DNA from: an uncultured Spirochaetales bacterium
GTDB lineage: Bacteria > Spirochaetota > Spirochaetia > JAFGDJ01
Assembly (NCBI GenBank): GCA_964410865.1
Contig: CAYPIQ010000001.1
Location: 180,118 to 244,117 of the forward strand
DNA length: 64,000 bases
Reading direction: 5' to 3'
Both the position numbers and the translations under genes were made by a program. Below the pieces are notes generated by a model, which made no database searches, was not told the origin of the DNA, and saw only the letters and a list, made by a program, of their open reading frames with translations. This document shows positions 59,774-64,000 of this stretch, one piece after another. Within the stretch, counting starts at the first letter, position 1, and each line of letters opens with the position of its first letter.

Positions 59774-60550
59774 TTACGTTACCGCCACCGCTACGAGACG
59801 CTCGGCCTCCGGGCCATAGGGAGAGCCGTCCAGGTCCCCGTAGACGCTCACCGAGGTAAAACCGGCGGCCAACAGGAGCCTGGTAAGCTCTCCCGGGCTG
59901 AAGACCCGGTGAGAAAAGATATACTCGTGCCTACCGTCGTCGTCATACAACACCCATCGATTCCAGAGCCTGGAAAAATCGTCTTCCGCCCGGTATGTCG
60001 ATATCACAAAGATGCCGTCTTCCCGGTACCAGTCTCTGGTGATAAATTGCTTTTTAAGAATTTCCTTTCCGATGGTATCGACCAGAAAGGAGCCCCCGGT
60101 TTTCAGCGACCGCCGGATATTCCGGAACACTCGCACTTCGTCTTGCTCATCCTCGAAGTACCCCACCGATATAAACATGCTCACCGCGGCATCGAAGCAT
60201 TTCTCCCGGTAAAACGCCCGCAGGTCGGCCTGCAGGAATTCCACCTCCACCGACTCCGCCTCCGCCGTATCCCTGGCCGCTTCGAGGTATTCTTCCATTA
60301 GATCAACCCCGGTGACAACCAACCCACGGCCGGCAAACTCAACGGAGTGACGCCCCACACCGCAACAGGCATCCAGCAGACCGGCACCCTTGTCCAGCGA
60401 AAGAAGCCGGAGGACCTGGTCGACCTCTCCGGGGGCGTTGCTCCAGCGCTCGTTGCCGAAGAGGACCGGCGCAAAGGTCAGCCAGAATTTCTTGTCCAGG
60501 TACCAGGAACTTGCCGAGGTTCCGTCGGTGTTGTCCCATTCGGAATTCAT
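59774..60550 (-). CDS. Class I SAM-dependent methyltransferase
   Basis: 258 aa; motif I LDACCGVGRHSVEFAGRG, motif post-I VVTGVDL, motif II/III downstream. Confidence 0.75.
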   Translation of the reverse strand: MNSEWDNTDGTSASSWYLDKKFWLTFAPVLFGNERWSNAPGEVDQVLRLLSLDKGAGLLDACCGVGRHSVEFAGRGLVVTGVDLMEEYLEAARDTAEAESVEVEFLQADLRAFYREKCFDAAVSMFISVGYFEDEQDEVRVFRNIRRSLKTGGSFLVDTIGKEILKKQFITRDWYREDGIFVISTYRAEDDFSRLWNRWVLYDDDGRHEYIFSHRVFSPGELTRLLLAAGFTSVSVYGDLDGSPYGPEAERLVAVAVT

Positions 60551-60626
60551 ACACTTCCAGTATCAGTCATTGGAGCTTCCGGTGCAAGTATGGACCATCG
60601 GGTACTATTGCTGTAATAATATGCAT

Positions 60627-61343
60627 ATGGATGAACAGGCATTGAGAAAAGATATCCTAGAGGTCGGGCGGCGGCTCTATATGAAGGATTTCGTCGCATC
60701 AAACGACGGCAATATCAGTATCCGTATGGACGAAAACCGCATCCTGATTACCCCCACCGGGGTGAGTAAAGGTTTTATGACCGCGGATATGCTGCTGGTG
60801 GTCGATAGGACCGGAAAGGTGCTGCAGGGTTCAGGAAAACCGACATCGGAAATGCCCATGCACCTTGCCGTGTACGAAGAAAGGCCGGATGTCGGCGCCG
60901 TTGTTCATGCCCACCCGCCGACGGCTACGGGATTTGCCGTGGCCCGTGTCCCCCTCGACAGGATAGCCCTGCCGGAGGTGGTCTATAACCTGGGTACCAT
61001 ATCTTTAGCCCCGTATGGAACTCCTTCCACCCGGGAAGTTCCGGATTCTATCCGGGGAGTGATACAAAAAAGCGACGGAGTGCTCCTGTCCAATCACGGT
61101 GCCATGACCGTGGGGCAGGATGTTCTCCAGGCATATTATCGCATGGAGACCCTCGAATCAGTGGCAAAGATCAGCCTGGTAGCCAGGAATCTGGGCGGCG
61201 AAGCCTTTCTCTCCAGGCAGGAGATCGAACGACTCTACGCCATTCGTGCGTCCCAGGATAAAAAAAGTTCCTTAGAAAACCTGGACCCGGAACTCGTCGC
61301 GGAGGTCATTGCCCGGGTAATGAGAGAATTGGGTCGGTCCTGA
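60627..61343 (+). CDS. Class II aldolase/adducin-domain protein (fuculose-phosphate-aldolase-like)
   Basis: 238 aa from MDEQALRKDILEVGRRLY; ASNDGNISIRM, metal-binding His cluster (VVHAHPPTATGFA...SNHGAMTVG). Confidence 0.8.
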   Translation: MDEQALRKDILEVGRRLYMKDFVASNDGNISIRMDENRILITPTGVSKGFMTADMLLVVDRTGKVLQGSGKPTSEMPMHLAVYEERPDVGAVVHAHPPTATGFAVARVPLDRIALPEVVYNLGTISLAPYGTPSTREVPDSIRGVIQKSDGVLLSNHGAMTVGQDVLQAYYRMETLESVAKISLVARNLGGEAFLSRQEIERLYAIRASQDKKSSLENLDPELVAEVIARVMRELGRS

Positions 61344-61412
61344 AGTCCGGATTTTTCCCTTGCATCCTCTCGATATTACGAAACCCTCGGTAAGCATAAA
61401 GTGGAATTACAC

Positions 61413-61441
61413 TTGTAAACTCGCCTATTTTTTTTTATACT
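61413..61441 (+). promoter_or_regulatory. Candidate sigma-70 promoter for the sensor kinase gene
   Basis: TTGTAA-N17-TATACT; the kinase ATG lies only 16 nt downstream with no obvious SD, so the leader is short or absent. Confidence 0.35.
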
Positions 61442-61456
61442 TCCCTGTCAAAGCTT

Positions 61457-63802
61457 ATGCATAAAAAAATACCTGGTACGAACCCGACACTTATTGAAGA
61501 GTTACAACAGAACAGTATTCAAACTCTACTGTTGAACAGGATACATGACAACATTACCATTACCGACCTCAACGGGATCATTACCTATGTAAACGACGCC
61601 GAATGCATCACCTTGGGTATGACCAGGGAAGAACTTATCGGAAAATCGATAGAGATCTTCGGGGGAGAGGAGAAAAACGAAAAAACGCAAAAGCAGATCT
61701 TAAAGGAAACCCTTGAAAAAGGAATCTGGCGGGGGGAGATTTATAATAACCGCGCGGACGGTTCGGACATCGTACTGGACACCCGCATCCAGGTGCTAAT
61801 AAACGACCGGAATAGGCCCGTCGGTCTTATGGCAATATCATCCGATATTACCGAACAAAAACGGATAGAGAAAGAACTGGTGGACAGTGAACGCCTTTTC
61901 AGGAGCATCTTCGAATTTGCTCCGGTGGGGATAAGCCTGGCAACACCCGGGGGGGTATTTAAAAGGGTAAACAGGAAATTCTGCAGTTTAACCGGTTATT
62001 CCCGGGTAGAGGCGGAAGGGCTCGATTTCAGAAAGATAACCCATCCGGATGACGTACCGGCGGAAAACAGACTCTTAGACCGTATTTTTAACAACCAAGC
62101 GGACTCCTTCAATATTGAAAAGCGTTATATTCAAAAAAACGGTTCGATTATCTGGGTAGACCTCCATGTCACCATGCTGAGGAATTCGGATAATACGCCG
62201 GAGACGGCCATCTCGATATGTAACGACATCACCGACCGGAAAAAAGCCGAGAGCGCCCTGCTCGCCTCGGAATCCCAGCTGGCCCTTCGAAACAGAATTG
62301 CGGAGGCATTTTTTATAAAAACCGACGTCGAGATTCTAGACAGTCTCAGGACTATCCTGATAGATTTTTTTCACTGTTCAAAGGGTTTCGTCGGGTATAT
62401 CATCGAAGAAGGCGATGAAGCGAGCATAGTCAGGGATATTTCCGGGGCCGATTCGTTGGAACTCCAACCCGGCCATGGTATGTTTAAAAAACAGTTATGG
62501 AAGGATATCTGGGGGAGGTCTCTAACGGACAAGGACATCCACTACAGCAACTCCCCCCTGGTATTCCCCTGGGCCCATACCACCGTGAATAATGCCATGA
62601 CGGCCCCTATCAGTCACAACAGCGAGGTTATCGGAATTATCGTCCTGGCCGACAGCCGGAACGCATTCACGGAGAAGGACAAACACCTCATAAAAACTGT
62701 AACCGATTACCTCTCTCCTCTCTTCAGCACGAGGCTGTTCAGACTAAGGGAAGAAAAAAGGCGCCGTCTTATGGAAAAAGAAATCCGGGAGGCAAAGCAC
62801 TTTCTCGAGGAGGGGGAAAGACTCGCCGGCACAGGGTGGTGGTATTATGATATGTCAACCCAATGTTTTACCGGCTCCAACCAATTCTACAACCTCCTCG
62901 GAAAAGATCCCGCCGCCGGTCCCATTGCCCTTTCGGAAATCGAAACTTCCGTAACCCCAACGGAAAGGAAAAGTCTCTCCGCCGTTATACGGGAGGCCCC
63001 GGCAAAGGATAACGGGTTTGCCTTCGATACAACTTTCCGGTACCTGGGGAACGCCTCTCCCCGGACCTTCAATATCGTGGGTAAGGGCATCATCGAAAGC
63101 GACGGAAGCATGCAAACAATCCACGGGGTATTACAGGATATCACTGAAAAACGAAAAGCGGAAGAACAGATCAGGCGGGACCTGGAAGAAAAAAAAGTGC
63201 TTTTAAAAGAAATTCACCACAGGGTGAAGAACAACCTGCAGATTATAAGCAGCCTGCTTACACTTCAATCGTCCGGCCTCTCCGATCCGAAAATTGCTGC
63301 AATATTTACCGAAAGCAGAAACCGAATAGACACAATTGCACTTATACACGAACGGCTGTACCAAACCAACGACATAGCCAGGATTGATTTCGCCGACTAT
63401 ACGGATAAGCTGATAAAAGATCTAGTCTTCAGTTACGGTGCGAGTGAAAAAATAGAAACGGTATTGCACTGCGGAGAAATAACCCTGGAGTTGGACCAGG
63501 CAATTCCATGCGGCCTTATACTCCAGGAGCTCATCTCCAATGCCTTTAAACACGCCTTTCCCGACGGTTCGCCCGGAAGGGTGGATGTGGATATTATCCG
63601 CAATACAGGAAAGGGAGAGTGCCTTCTCAGGGTTGCCGATAACGGCTGCGGTATAGACCTGGAGTCTACTGACCCTGAAAGGCTCTCATCCCTTGGGCTG
63701 CGCCTGGTATCGGTCCTGACCGGACAACTCGAGGGTGAATTGAATGTCTCGAGTAGTGGCGGAACCTGCATAACCGTTACCTTTCCATGTTGTATTTCAT
63801 GA
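61457..63802 (+). CDS. Multi-PAS/GAF sensor histidine kinase, HisKA_2/HWE-type kinase core
   Basis: 781 aa; several PAS blocks, GAF-like middle, kinase core with H-box [17 protein letters not shown] (HisKA_2 signature) and HATPase_c (ADNGCGI, GLGLRLV). Confidence 0.85.
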   Translation: MHKKIPGTNPTLIEELQQNSIQTLLLNRIHDNITITDLNGIITYVNDAECITLGMTREELIGKSIEIFGGEEKNEKTQKQILKETLEKGIWRGEIYNNRADGSDIVLDTRIQVLINDRNRPVGLMAISSDITEQKRIEKELVDSERLFRSIFEFAPVGISLATPGGVFKRVNRKFCSLTGYSRVEAEGLDFRKITHPDDVPAENRLLDRIFNNQADSFNIEKRYIQKNGSIIWVDLHVTMLRNSDNTPETAISICNDITDRKKAESALLASESQLALRNRIAEAFFIKTDVEILDSLRTILIDFFHCSKGFVGYIIEEGDEASIVRDISGADSLELQPGHGMFKKQLWKDIWGRSLTDKDIHYSNSPLVFPWAHTTVNNAMTAPISHNSEVIGIIVLADSRNAFTEKDKHLIKTVTDYLSPLFSTRLFRLREEKRRRLMEKEIREAKHFLEEGERLAGTGWWYYDMSTQCFTGSNQFYNLLGKDPAAGPIALSEIETSVTPTERKSLSAVIREAPAKDNGFAFDTTFRYLGNASPRTFNIVGKGIIESDGSMQTIHGVLQDITEKRKAEEQIRRDLEEKKVLLKEIHHRVKNNLQIISSLLTLQSSGLSDPKIAAIFTESRNRIDTIALIHERLYQTNDIARIDFADYTDKLIKDLVFSYGASEKIETVLHCGEITLELDQAIPCGLILQELISNAFKHAFPDGSPGRVDVDIIRNTGKGECLLRVADNGCGIDLESTDPERLSSLGLRLVSVLTGQLEGELNVSSSGGTCITVTFPCCIS

Positions 63803-63813
63803 CCGTATCGGCC

Positions 63814-64000
63814 TATTCCAGGGCATCCAGGACATTTCTTGTGGAGGCGTCGCCTATGGAATGAACATGAATCTGGAAACCCTTCTTGTCCGACATGATG
63901 AAAGCCTCTTTCAGTTTGTCCATATCCTACAGAAATTCTCCGTAATAGTCGCTACCTTTTCCAGCCGCTTCTTCATAGGGTTCCAAAAGATATCCGGTTA
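63814..64000 (-). pseudogene. Amidohydrolase-3-family fragment with in-frame stop; runs off window end
   Basis: Minus strand reads ...GEFL-TAG-DMDKLKEAFIMSDKKGFQIHVHSIGDASTRNVLDALE-stop. The GFQIHVHSIGDAS..VLDA.E pattern is the metal-binding region normally mid-protein in amidohydrolases, here followed immediately by a stop. Confidence 0.35.

Overview
This 64 kb window looks like core chromosome of a spirochete (Treponema/Spirochaeta-like), about 50% GC, densely packed with housekeeping genes and no intact mobile or defence system. The lineage call rests on a spirochete-type FlaB flagellin (N-terminus MVINHNMSA), a Bpur-like PUR-domain protein, and MreB plus periplasmic-flagella gene content.

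On the minus strand a long co-oriented array runs mrdA(partial)-mreD-mreC-mreB, a TPR protein, an RNase P RNA (rnpB) that the ORF track hides under spurious ORFs, then a Zn-ribbon protein, rpoD, dnaG and mltG. Next comes a 1333-aa OmpA-family protein with eight tandem FlgD-Ig-like repeats, a TAATG-coupled 57-aa small ORF, an MBL hydrolase, ykgJ, and a tRNA-Thr/tRNA-Tyr operon with a textbook sigma-70 promoter, followed by map.

The middle of the window holds a solitary flaB with a sigma-28-like promoter, cca, a compact rnc-acpP-rpmF-coaD cluster, and a long minus-strand block. That block reads yraN, HD-GYP, FlhB-C-like, FliK-like, then rplS-trmD-rimM-KH-rpsP-ffh, two hypothetical genes, and smc. 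Its order recalls, from my memory of the Bacillus subtilis ylq region, the ffh-rpsP-ylqC-ylqD-rimM-trmD-rplS...ylqG-ylqH layout. rnhB, a Bpur-like gene and tRNA-Gly(TCC) follow.

Downstream of tRNA-Gly the window turns accessory-like and decayed:
- a roughly 1.9 kb gene remnant with in-frame TGA and TAG stops, frameshifts and a 20-bp tandem duplication;
- a 60%-GC ORF with faint transposase resemblance;
- a convergent pair of paralogous saccharopine-dehydrogenase-family genes;
- a degraded butyrate kinase;
- an internally deleted rsmF-like methyltransferase;
- an amidohydrolase fragment at the window edge.

The remaining genes in that stretch are tlpA, a rhodanese, an EamA transporter, an MFS transporter, a CoADR/Nox-family oxidoreductase, a phosphohexomutase, a HAD phosphatase, a DUF362/ferredoxin protein, pcrA/uvrD, a SAM methyltransferase, a class II aldolase and a PAS/GAF HisKA_2 sensor kinase. 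I found no CRISPR array and no recognisable intact novel multi-gene system.
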